NCBI GenBank assembly: GCA_945787805.1
Contig: CALZID010000004.1
Location: 7,712 to 71,711, forward strand
Direction of reading: 5' to 3'
Length of the DNA: 64,000 bases
From: an uncultured Clostridia bacterium
GTDB taxonomy: Bacteria > Bacillota > Clostridia > Oscillospirales > Acutalibacteraceae
The position numbers and the translations under genes are program-made. The notes under the pieces were generated by a model. It was not told the origin of the DNA. It saw nothing but the letters and a program-made list of their open reading frames with translations, and ran no database searches. Positions 20,419 to 29,112 of the stretch are shown here, piece after piece. Position 1 is the stretch's first letter, and each line of letters starts with the position of its first letter.

Positions 20419-21291
20419 TTGAGCGGAGATTTACATTGTCACACAAGATTATCAGACGGTAGTTTAGGTATTGAAGACCTTATTATTTTTGCGAAGAAAA
20501 AGGGTATTGAAGCAATCGCAATTACTGACCATGACTGTCTTGCGGGAACTGTCAGAGGAAAGATTATTGGCGCACGCCACGGTGTGCAGGTTATACCCGG
20601 TGTTGAGCTTTCTGCAACGCATGAGACTTCAAATAAAAACATTCACATTCTCTGCTATTTGCCGGATTCTCCCGATATGTTGGAAGGTCTTTGCAAGAGA
20701 AACTCTTTGGCTCGCAAAAAAGCCGGTCATTTTATGATGCTTCAAACTGCAAAGCGTTTTCCTATTACCACAGAGTTTATTATGAAATGTTCAACAGGCT
20801 CTACTAACCTTTATAAGAAACACATTATGCAGGCTCTTATTGAATGCGGCTATGCAAATTCATTCAACGGTGACATTTATAAGTCTTTGTTCACAAAAGA
20901 AAGTGAAAACAATATTCTTGTTGTTCCGAAATATGATGATGTTAAAACAGTAATTGATGAAATTCACACTGCCGGCGGTATTGCGGTTATTGCTCACCCC
21001 ATGGTGAACGGATGCATTGATATTATTGACGATATAATTGCAAGCGGTATTGACGGCATTGAGGTTTATCACCCAAGTGCAAGCGAAGAAGAACAGGTAA
21101 TGCTTAAAAAAATTGCTTCAAAGAACAAATTGCTTTGTACTGGCGGCAGTGACTTTCACGGGCTTTATAACGAATATAATGTTTCTGTCGGTGATTACTT
21201 AACTCCCGATGACTGTATGCACGCACTTCTCACATATAAATCGAAGCAAAAGAGATTGCAGAAAAAATTAGCACAGCAAACTACTGAATAA
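20419..21291 (+). CDS. PHP-domain phosphoesterase (TrpH/YciV-like)
   Basis: Motifs DLHCHTRLSDGS, AITDHD, AHP, GIEVYHP and GGSDFHG. The proposed TTG start at 20419 lies 9 nt after AGGAGG. The ORF-track start at 20371 has no RBS, so the start is uncertain. Confidence 0.8.
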   Translation: MSGDLHCHTRLSDGSLGIEDLIIFAKKKGIEAIAITDHDCLAGTVRGKIIGARHGVQVIPGVELSATHETSNKNIHILCYLPDSPDMLEGLCKRNSLARKKAGHFMMLQTAKRFPITTEFIMKCSTGSTNLYKKHIMQALIECGYANSFNGDIYKSLFTKESENNILVVPKYDDVKTVIDEIHTAGGIAVIAHPMVNGCIDIIDDIIASGIDGIEVYHPSASEEEQVMLKKIASKNKLLCTGGSDFHGLYNEYNVSVGDYLTPDDCMHALLTYKSKQKRLQKKLAQQTTE

Positions 21292-21320
21292 GTCTTAACA
21301 TCATGAAAGGATAATGTTCT

Positions 21321-21884
21321 ATGATTTTTGACGACAGCGATGTAAAGATTTTTAACGACAACGAAAAAGAAACTTTTGATGAAGTTTCAATTATCTCAGA
21401 AATGACAAAAAACAGAAGTAACGGCAATTCACAAAAGGCAAAAGAGTTGGGCAAAACTCTTGCCGAAAGATTTGTTGACGAAGCTCACCTGCTCTGTGAC
21501 CTTGAAAATGAAATCGGTGAAATTCCCCGTGACGATAACACTATGTATCAAATGAAGGTTTTGCTTGCATTTTCTGCCGAATATTCAATAAACCGTTGTT
21601 TGTTCTCTCCCTTGCTTGTGAATACGGCAGTTAACGCTTTATATGACACGGTTAAGAAAAAGGCGTTTGAGTTTTATGACAGACTTGACGATGCCGCTGA
21701 ATACAGTTTTTATTATCTTGCAGTCAGAAAAGGCATTGAGATTTCTGATAATATCGGTATTTCTTTCGCAATGCTTTGCGGTAAAGAAAACGACGAATAT
21801 TATAAAAATCTCGGCAAAAGACTTTTTGAAGTTGCAACCTATGAAACAGAAAAGATTATCAATAATGCAGGCTTTGTAAAATAA
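21321..21884 (+). CDS. hypothetical protein (187 aa)
   Basis: Clean ORF with coding-like composition and no domain I recognise. Confidence 0.55.
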   Translation: MIFDDSDVKIFNDNEKETFDEVSIISEMTKNRSNGNSQKAKELGKTLAERFVDEAHLLCDLENEIGEIPRDDNTMYQMKVLLAFSAEYSINRCLFSPLLVNTAVNALYDTVKKKAFEFYDRLDDAAEYSFYYLAVRKGIEISDNIGISFAMLCGKENDEYYKNLGKRLFEVATYETEKIINNAGFVK

Positions 21885-21894
21885 GAATAACACA

Positions 21895-21938
21895 AAAAAA
21901 TTATTCCCAATCCGTTTTGGATTGGGAATTTTCATTTT
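21895..21938. terminator. bidirectional intrinsic terminator
   Basis: ATTCCCAATCC-N5-GGATTGGGAAT flanked by AAAAAAA and TTTCATTTT, between convergent genes. Confidence 0.75.
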
Positions 21939-21942
21939 ATGA

Positions 21943-23253
21943 TTATTTTTTTATGTCGTTTTCTTCTTTTTTAGTTTTGTTTTTATAATAACCCGATGTT
22001 ACAAAAAATGTAACCGTTATTGAAATTATTGCAACAATAAATCCAACACCCAAAAGCATTGCATAGTGATAAAGCTTTGTAACAGTATTATTTTTATCAT
22101 TGATTTCTGCCCAAACTGTTTTGATGAAATTTTCCTTTTCATCGTCTGTTGTGGGCTCTGAAACAGTCTCTGTTGTAGTGGAAAGAGATGTTTCTTCTGT
22201 TGTGTTTTCGGTTAAAGAAGTTTCTTCGGTTGAACTCTCTTCTGCATCGGTTGAACTTTCGGTAGCAGTTTCGGTAACTGTAATTTTATATGTAACAGTC
22301 CAATTATTTTGCTTTGCCGTAATAGTTGTTTCGCCAAGTGCCACGCCTGTTACAACGCCCTTTGAAGATACCGTTGCGATATTTGTATCAGCCGAAGTCC
22401 AAGTTGTTGAATAACTGTCGGTTGCGTCCGACGGCACTTTTGCCACTTTTAAAGTCAATGCAGAGCCTATTCCCACACTTCTTGAAGAACTGCCCGAGAC
22501 AGCAATTCCTGTTTGAGGCACTGTAACCGTGACCTTACAAGTTGCGGTTTTGCCCCCCGCCTTTGCGGTGATTGTTGCAGTACCGCCACCTACTGCGGTG
22601 ATTTTGCCGCTGCTGTTCACCGTTGCTACCTTTGTATTTGAGCTTGAATATGTAACGGTTTTATTAGTTGCATCGCTTGGGCTTACTGTTGCTACAAGGT
22701 CAGAAGTTTCGCCTTTTTTAAGAGTTACGCTTGACCTATTAAGCGAAACGCCTGTGACGGGTTTTGTAATTGTAACTTTTCCGTTAGAAACTGTGGGGCT
22801 TAGTCTTGTAGGGGGAGTTCCCACGCCGCTATGGTCACCCGCGTCACTTGACGGAGAAATTGTAAGGGCTGCTGTTCCGGATTCAGCCAAAATTTTGAAT
22901 TTGAGAGTAGCAAAAGTTCCGCTTTTCTTAGCGTTGTTGTCACCCATTGTCATACCGGTACACTGAACACTTGAAGTGCCGTTTGCTTTGACAGAGCATG
23001 TGCTGAACATACTGCCCGCAGTACCGCTTACATATTGAAGTTTTGTGTTATCAAATTTAACATTGAGCATTGCTGATGTTACACCGATACTGCTTGAAAC
23101 GCTGACGGTTACAGTTACTGTATCGCCCTTTTGTCCGCTTGCGCTGGAAACTGAATAATTCACACTCGTTGCCGCATTTGCGGGAAGTGCAAGCATTGAA
23201 ACAAGTATTATAAAGGCAGATATAATTGCCATAAATTTAGATGTTTTTCTCAT
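21943..23253 (-). CDS. surface protein: signal peptide, cohesin-like domain, two Big_2 repeats, acidic Ser/Thr linker and a C-terminal TM anchor
   Basis: ATG at 23253 gives MRKTSKFMAIISAFIILVSMLALPANA. The cohesin-like segment is GDTVTVTVSVSS...NVKFDNTKLQYVSGTAG. There are two Big_2 units (VTGVSLNRSSVTLKKGE...ATVNSSGKITAVGGGTATITA and a second copy). The hydrophobic helix is LLGVGFIVAIISITVTFFVT. Confidence 0.75.
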   Translation of the reverse strand: MRKTSKFMAIISAFIILVSMLALPANAATSVNYSVSSASGQKGDTVTVTVSVSSSIGVTSAMLNVKFDNTKLQYVSGTAGSMFSTCSVKANGTSSVQCTGMTMGDNNAKKSGTFATLKFKILAESGTAALTISPSSDAGDHSGVGTPPTRLSPTVSNGKVTITKPVTGVSLNRSSVTLKKGETSDLVATVSPSDATNKTVTYSSSNTKVATVNSSGKITAVGGGTATITAKAGGKTATCKVTVTVPQTGIAVSGSSSRSVGIGSALTLKVAKVPSDATDSYSTTWTSADTNIATVSSKGVVTGVALGETTITAKQNNWTVTYKITVTETATESSTDAEESSTEETSLTENTTEETSLSTTTETVSEPTTDDEKENFIKTVWAEINDKNNTVTKLYHYAMLLGVGFIVAIISITVTFFVTSGYYKNKTKKEENDIKK

Positions 23254-23335
23254 ATCAATCACCCTGATAAATAATATACTATAATAATACAATATTTGAC
23301 AATAAAAGTCAATGAAGCGAAAGATACAAATATTG

Positions 23336-23367
23336 GAATAAAAAGCGGCGGGAGCAAGCCCCCGCCC
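23336..23367 (-). terminator. intrinsic terminator after mgtE
   Basis: GGCGGG-N8-CCCGCC GC-rich hairpin followed by GCTTTTTATT on the minus strand. Confidence 0.7.
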
Positions 23368-23383
23368 TACATTTTTAATAATA

Positions 23384-24724
23384 TTACAAATTTAATGCTG
23401 TTGATGCGATTGAGAAATAGATTACAAGTGTTACCGCATCGACTATGGTTGAAATAAACGGACTTGACATTACAGCCGGGTCAAAGCCTATTTTCTTTGC
23501 GATAACGGGCAAGACAGAGCCTACCACCTTTGCAAATATTACCGCTGAAATCATTGTGATACTGACAACCAGTGCCACTTTCCAGCCGATATCGTCAAAT
23601 ATCATAAGCTTTGCAAAGTTGACAATTGCGAGTGCGATACCGCACACAAGGGCAATAAAAAACTCTTTAAGCACAACCTTAAATGTATCTTTAAATTCAA
23701 TTTCACCCAATGATAATCCACGAATAATTGTTGATGATGACTGATTGCCGCAGTTACCGCAAGTACCGGTAAGCATAGGAATAAACGCCGTAAGCGCCAC
23801 GCAGGCAGTCAGTGCCCCTTCAAAGTGAGTGATAATTTTTTCTGTGAAGGTGGCTGAAACCATCAAAAGCATCAGCCAAGGAATACGCTTTTTAAAGTTT
23901 TCAAAAACACTCATTTTTAGATACGGTTTATCGGTTGGAGTAATACCTGCCATCAATTCCATATCTTCTGTAATTTCTTCTTGCAAAACATCAATAGCGT
24001 CATCGACTGTGATAATGCCCACGAGTCTGCTTTCACCGTCAACTACGGGCAAAACAACCAAGTCATATTTTTGGAAAAGGTCTGCAACCACTTCTTTGTC
24101 TTCGTAAGTATTCACAGAGATAACATTATCTTCCATAATCTCACGGATTGTTGCGTTTTCGTCGGCAAGAAGCAAATCCTTTACCGTTACATAGCCTTTA
24201 AGCTTTCTTTTGCTGTCGGTTACATAACAAGTATAAATCGTCTCTTTATCAACACCCGTTCTGCGAATTCGGGTAAAGGCGTCGGCAACTGTCATTGAAC
24301 GCTTTAAGTCAACATATTCGATTGTCATAAGACTTCCCGCAGAATCTTCGGGGTATTTTAATATTTCGTTGATTGACTTTCGTGTATCGGGGTCAGTATG
24401 ACGAAGAATACGCTTAACAAGTGTTGCGGGCATTTCTTCAATTAAGTCAACGGCATCGTCAACATATAGCTCGTCAAGGACTTCTCGAAGCTCGGTATCG
24501 CTGAATGCACGGATGAGCATTTCTTGATATTCGGGCTCCATATTGACAAAAACCTCAGCCGCCAGCTCTTTATTGAGCAAACGGTAAATAAGCGTCAGGT
24601 CACGCTCGCTGAGCTCCATAAATAGCTCGGCTATATCCTGCTCGTTCATTTCATCAAGAATATTTTTGAGTTCTTGCCATTTTTTATTATGCAAAAGTTC
24701 AGTTAAAATTTCAAAAGTTTCCAT
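23384..24724 (-). CDS. mgtE: magnesium transporter MgtE
   Basis: MgtE N-domain, tandem CBS domains and a 5-TM C-terminal domain. ATG at 24724 lies 8 nt after AAGGAG. Confidence 0.93.
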   Translation of the reverse strand: METFEILTELLHNKKWQELKNILDEMNEQDIAELFMELSERDLTLIYRLLNKELAAEVFVNMEPEYQEMLIRAFSDTELREVLDELYVDDAVDLIEEMPATLVKRILRHTDPDTRKSINEILKYPEDSAGSLMTIEYVDLKRSMTVADAFTRIRRTGVDKETIYTCYVTDSKRKLKGYVTVKDLLLADENATIREIMEDNVISVNTYEDKEVVADLFQKYDLVVLPVVDGESRLVGIITVDDAIDVLQEEITEDMELMAGITPTDKPYLKMSVFENFKKRIPWLMLLMVSATFTEKIITHFEGALTACVALTAFIPMLTGTCGNCGNQSSSTIIRGLSLGEIEFKDTFKVVLKEFFIALVCGIALAIVNFAKLMIFDDIGWKVALVVSITMISAVIFAKVVGSVLPVIAKKIGFDPAVMSSPFISTIVDAVTLVIYFSIASTALNL

Positions 24725-24899
24725 ACATTTCACTCCTTCATAATATAAGTTTGTGAAACGCTTCGAGATTTATAAATTGCGGAGCACATCCGCATTCATA
24801 CTCGGAGGTTTCGCTGTTGTACTTCGATATGTGTCCACAATTATTCACTCCTTTAAAACAAAATAAAAAAACCGCAAATTTGCTCAAACGCAAAAATGC

Positions 24900-25066
24900 A
24901 GTCAAAAACACCACACAATTCGTTCAAGCTTTAGCTTCGCAGGGCGATGAAATTACATTAAATCATACCTTGTTTTTCGATATGACTTGCTGACCAACTG
25001 ACAGTGTCTCCACCATTTCGCGGCAGTAATCCGTATCCCTGTGGTAGCCTTACCTACCGAATAGGT
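24900..25066 (-). promoter_or_regulatory. M-box (ykoK leader) magnesium riboswitch
   Basis: The minus strand reads GGUAGGUAAGGCU...GAUACGGAUUACUGCCGCGAAAUGGUGGAGACACUGUCAGUUGGUCAGCA...ACAAGGUAUGAUUUAAUG...GAAGCUAAAGCUUGAACGA. This matches the conserved blocks of the B. subtilis mgtE M-box. It lies upstream of mgtE, and a U-run follows at about 24865-24871. Confidence 0.8.
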
Positions 25067-25077
25067 TTTACTTAGAT

Positions 25078-25106
25078 ATTATCAACCTAAAAATGCTATT
25101 TGTCAA
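25078..25106 (-). promoter_or_regulatory. sigma-A type promoter of the M-box/mgtE transcript
   Basis: TTGACA-17 nt-GATAAT on the minus strand. Confidence 0.6.
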
Positions 25107-25319
25107 TAGAAAATTCAAGAAAAACTTGGTTTTATTTATTTTTTAGGTTTTGGCAACTTGCACATTAAATGGCATTGGTTTTTGTTTAAGTTTCACGAAA
25201 TTGGTTTTCTATGTTCATTTTTTGTTAAAAAATATCGGTTTAATGATTGAAAAGTTATGCTATATATGATAAAATTACCATATCATTGTTTATTTAAAAT
25301 CATTAAAGGAGTGCAAAAA

Positions 25320-27851
25320 ATGAACCTTACTCAAAAAGCCAAAGACACTTTTGACAGAGTTCGCACATACTGGAAAACGCCCATGGCAGGCCGTTATATG
25401 ACCTTCAAGGAAATTGCGGCATATTCAGGCGGCGGTATCGGTGCTTATATGATTATTACACTGGGTACTGCCTGTCTTCTTGCGGCAAATAACACGCTGC
25501 TTTCAAGTACTCTCGGTATTGACCCCACCGATATGTACATTATGTATGTCATCGCTGTTCTTGCAAACATTCCCCTTACGGGTATTCGTGCAAACATTAT
25601 TGACAACACAAGAAACAAAGCGGGTAAATATCGTCCTTACATAGTTTCAATGGCGTTGCCCACCGCAATTATATGCATATTGATGGTATGGTTCCCCTAT
25701 AACAAACTTGAAGCTATTGTAGGCACCGGTACCGTTTTCGGCGAAACAAGAGCATATATTGCCAAATGTGCAATCATAATGGTACTTAACCTTTTCCTGC
25801 ATTTCTTCTATTATTTCTTCTATGACGCATACGAAAATCTCATTCATGTGCTTTCGCCTAACACACAGGAAAGAGCCGATGTTTCTGCGGTAAAGAGTGT
25901 TGTTTATTCACTTGCACCCACTCTTGTAAACTTGTTTACACCTATTATTGCACAAAACATTTTCCATACCAATACAACAGATATTCGTGTTTACCGACTT
26001 CTTTATCCCATTCTCGGTGTACTCGGTATTCTTCTTTGCATTATCGTTTATAAATACACAGAAGAAAAAATTGTTCAGGCAAGAACTCATGTTGTTCAGA
26101 TTAAATTTTCTGACGCTTTGCGTGCAGTTGCAAAGAATAAATATTTCTGGATTATTTCACTTGCGGGTTGGATAGGTTTCCTTGAAGCATCATACGCTAA
26201 CATTCTTTTCTGGATGTACAACTACGGCGGTGCCTGTTCAGGTAATGTTTACGGCTTGCTTATCACTCTCTACGGCAATTCATCCCTTTGGGGTATGCTT
26301 TTAGCACCTTTATGTATCAGACGCTGGGGTAAAAAATCGGTTCTTGTTATTACAAACCTTTTCAACATTGCATTCATTCTTATGATGCTCCCCTTCACAA
26401 CAAAGATTGATAATCTTACAATCTGGCTTGTTATGGGTTGTTTGTATCTTAACGGATTTATGGGTGCTTTTGCTCACATTCTCAATCCCGCTATTCAGGC
26501 TGATATTCGTGACTATCAACAATATAAAACCGGTGAACGAATTGACGGAATGTTCTCTGCTGTTGCAACAATCGGTACTGTTATTGCTCTTGCAACTTCT
26601 TCTGTTCTTCCCATTATTTATGAAAAGAGCGGTCTTACAAAAGAAAATGCTTTTGCGGTTACAGGCAGACCCGAAGTTCTCAACCGAATTTTAGGTGACG
26701 GCAGAACTGTCGGCGAAATTCTTCAAGAACAGATTTCAAACGGTCAGGACCCGAGAAATGCTGCTCTTTCTGCATTGTATGACCCTGAAATTCTTTTGAA
26801 TCTTCTTCATATTCTCATTATCATTTCCGCTATCGGCGCTTTAATGAATGTTATCCCCTATTTCTGGTACGATTTCAACGAAAGAAAACAGAAATCAGTT
26901 GTTCGTGTTCTTAAAGTCCGTGCACTCTTTGAAGATTACGGAAACGGCGTACTCAGTGACGCAGACCTTGTTGAAGCAATCGACATTATTCGTGACGCTA
27001 AAACAATGGCTGTTGCAGAACCAAAGGAAATTGATAAAAATTCATATAAATCAATAAAAGATAAAGCACTTCGCAAAGCCGCCAAAAAGCAGTACCGTGA
27101 AGATATTAAGTTCAACGAAGAAATCGAAATTTCAAAATTCGTTTGTGACGAACTTGATAAATTCTCAACAGATGTTGTAAAACAGCAGGTTAAAATCTAT
27201 TCAGAGGTTTATGAAGCAGGTCTTGACGGTCTTCTTGCAATGGATTTGGAAACAGTGAAAGCCGAACTAAAAAATGCAAAAGCAATGCTTAAATCAACCA
27301 AAGAAGAAAAAGATCTCCGCAAGTTTGCTATTGAAGTTGCAAGGAGCAAAAAAAGTGCTTATAAGGCTATCAAAAAGTATTTCGCAAATACTGAAGACTT
27401 TACTCAACCCGACTTTGAAGTTGTTGAAAAGTATTTTGCAGAGGAAGATGAGTGTGACGAAAAACTCAAGGCACTTTATCTTGAACTCAGCGAGGCTAAG
27501 AAAGCAAAAGACTTAAACAGAGTTTCTTCAATTAAATCAGAAATCAAAAATCTTAACGCAAAGCGCAAGGCTGCCCGTGATAACTCAAAGGCTGAAATGG
27601 ACAAACACGCATATTTCAGCCGTGCCGCTAAGCCTTATCTTGACGCTGAAAAACTTATCAAGCAACAAGAAAACTACGGCCGTTTCAACGAAATCGCCGC
27701 TATGTATGACGAGTCAAAAGCCCGTCACGAAGAAGCTATGGCATTTGCCGCTGCAGAAGCCGAACGCATGAAGGCTGAAGAAGAAGCCCTTGCAGCAAAG
27801 ATTAAAGCTGAAAAAGCTGCAAAGAAAGCAGAAAAGAAAAATAAGAATTAA
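25320..27851 (+). CDS. GPH/MFS-type transporter fused to a ~320-aa charged coiled-coil C-terminal tail
   Basis: ATG at 25320 follows AAAGGAG. About 12 TM segments show GPH-like features (RYMTFKEIAAYSGGGIG). From about 26880 the sequence is a Lys/Glu/Ala-rich heptad-like tail ending AEAERMKAEEEALAAKIKAEKAAKKAEKKNKN. Confidence 0.75.
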   Translation: MNLTQKAKDTFDRVRTYWKTPMAGRYMTFKEIAAYSGGGIGAYMIITLGTACLLAANNTLLSSTLGIDPTDMYIMYVIAVLANIPLTGIRANIIDNTRNKAGKYRPYIVSMALPTAIICILMVWFPYNKLEAIVGTGTVFGETRAYIAKCAIIMVLNLFLHFFYYFFYDAYENLIHVLSPNTQERADVSAVKSVVYSLAPTLVNLFTPIIAQNIFHTNTTDIRVYRLLYPILGVLGILLCIIVYKYTEEKIVQARTHVVQIKFSDALRAVAKNKYFWIISLAGWIGFLEASYANILFWMYNYGGACSGNVYGLLITLYGNSSLWGMLLAPLCIRRWGKKSVLVITNLFNIAFILMMLPFTTKIDNLTIWLVMGCLYLNGFMGAFAHILNPAIQADIRDYQQYKTGERIDGMFSAVATIGTVIALATSSVLPIIYEKSGLTKENAFAVTGRPEVLNRILGDGRTVGEILQEQISNGQDPRNAALSALYDPEILLNLLHILIIISAIGALMNVIPYFWYDFNERKQKSVVRVLKVRALFEDYGNGVLSDADLVEAIDIIRDAKTMAVAEPKEIDKNSYKSIKDKALRKAAKKQYREDIKFNEEIEISKFVCDELDKFSTDVVKQQVKIYSEVYEAGLDGLLAMDLETVKAELKNAKAMLKSTKEEKDLRKFAIEVARSKKSAYKAIKKYFANTEDFTQPDFEVVEKYFAEEDECDEKLKALYLELSEAKKAKDLNRVSSIKSEIKNLNAKRKAARDNSKAEMDKHAYFSRAAKPYLDAEKLIKQQENYGRFNEIAAMYDESKARHEEAMAFAAAEAERMKAEEEALAAKIKAEKAAKKAEKKNKN

Positions 27852-27870
27852 ATTCTGACAACACTTAAAC

Positions 27871-27914
27871 GAGACTGTAAAGAACGAAAGTTTTTTACAG
27901 TCTCATTTTTATTC
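27871..27914 (+). terminator. intrinsic terminator
   Basis: GAGACTGTAAA-N12-TTTACAGTCTC followed by ATTTTTATT. Confidence 0.75.
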
Positions 27915-27918
27915 TGTC

Positions 27919-28884
27919 TTATACCGCTGTAACTTTAAATTCACTGAATCGGCTGTCTTTTTCTGCACCTTTCCAATTGTGGATTTGTTCGGGATTTTCA
28001 AAAATATTATCAAGGCGTTTAATAAAGGGAATTGCTTCACCGAAGTCTAACGCTCTGTGGTCAAAGGCAATACAGATGGGCAAAACTTGACGAATTTCAA
28101 TACTCTTTTCTCCGTTTTCGTCTGTTACAACAACCGGTCTGTCTTGCACTGCACCTACACCGAACGCAGACACCTGCGGGGGAATTATTTCGAGAAGTGA
28201 TACATTTCCTTTTTGTCCACGGTAAAGTGAGCCTATATTTGAAATTGTTACCGTACCCTGCTCAATATCGCTTTTTGTTATTCTGTCGGTTTCGGGTATG
28301 CTTTCATATTCTTTTTTTACTTTTCCGCTTAAAGTTTTAACTTTGTGTTTGCCAGTTTTTGAACCGATAAGGCGGTAAACTGCTTGTTTAATTTTACCCT
28401 TTTTAAGTGCCGTGAGAGTGTTATCAAGTGATACTTCAAACATCGCTTCGTTAAGATTTGTATTTTCAAAACGGCGGCAGACATCGTTGATATAGTCTGT
28501 CATTTCGTCAAGATTTTTATTTTCAAAATTGTGAAGATTGATTGTCATCATTTCTCCGCTCGGCATAATCATGGGCATTGAAATATTTATATCTTCAAAT
28601 GTATTGATTTTTCCGCGGACGAGTTTTCTGTTATATTCAATATGCGAATTCATAATGGGTGCCGCTTTGAGTCCTTCTGCGATAACTTTCAGCATAAGAG
28701 TATTAACCGTAATTTTATCTGTACCTCTTCTGTTGAAATTGAGTTTCTTATATTCTTTCATAAATTCGGTGACATCGGGCTCATAATTATATGTTACATG
28801 GGGAATTGTCTCCCAGCTTTCCGTTGTCATATTTGCTACGATTTTTCTTTGAATTCCGAAATTGATTGTGTTTGTGATTTTCAT
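27919..28884 (-). CDS. stand-alone 2-oxoacid dehydrogenase E2-type acyltransferase catalytic domain protein
   Basis: ATG at 28884 follows AAGGAGA. The catalytic motif is AFDHRALDFGEA (DHRxxDG-like). No lipoyl or E1/E3-binding domain is present and no E1/E3 genes are nearby. Confidence 0.7.
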   Translation of the reverse strand: MKITNTINFGIQRKIVANMTTESWETIPHVTYNYEPDVTEFMKEYKKLNFNRRGTDKITVNTLMLKVIAEGLKAAPIMNSHIEYNRKLVRGKINTFEDINISMPMIMPSGEMMTINLHNFENKNLDEMTDYINDVCRRFENTNLNEAMFEVSLDNTLTALKKGKIKQAVYRLIGSKTGKHKVKTLSGKVKKEYESIPETDRITKSDIEQGTVTISNIGSLYRGQKGNVSLLEIIPPQVSAFGVGAVQDRPVVVTDENGEKSIEIRQVLPICIAFDHRALDFGEAIPFIKRLDNIFENPEQIHNWKGAEKDSRFSEFKVTAV

Positions 28885-29063
28885 AAATTTTATCTCCTTG
28901 ATATATGTTTTTGTATTTTTAGTTTTGTTGTCTCCTTTGTTTTGGCTACACTCACATAATAGTAAATTTTGGTCGGTTGCACCATAAACTTTCGTTGTCA
29001 ATTACACTTATTTTATGTAAACTTTGGGTTGCAACCACGCAATATCAAGGGATTTGAGCATTT

Positions 29064-29108
29064 TAAGCAAAAAAGTAAGGCAAAGGAACAAAAAATCCTT
29101 TACCTTAT
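29064..29108 (-). terminator. intrinsic terminator of the GH2-GNAT-GH95 operon
   Basis: AAGGTAAAGGA-N8-TCCTTTGCCTT hairpin followed by ACTTTTTTGC on the minus strand. Confidence 0.7.
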
Positions 29109-29112
29109 TTTT

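Noticed and set aside
22130-22330. Apparent tandem repeats (EETSL / TTEETS) in the cohesin protein gene.
   Set aside because: This is a low-complexity Ser/Thr/Glu linker coding region, not a discrete DNA repeat array or a CRISPR-like structure.
24741-24870. A 14-codon uORF (TTG WTHIEVQQRNLRV) with an AAAGGAG RBS between the M-box and mgtE.
   Set aside because: It is very short, has a non-ATG start and no recognisable conservation. It most likely belongs to the riboswitch expression platform.
29075-29106. AAGGCAAAGGA string resembling the nitrogen-leader motif.
   Set aside because: It sits on the non-transcribed strand between two minus-strand genes. It is simply one arm of the GH95 operon terminator, and it lacks the GGCGUCUUU half.
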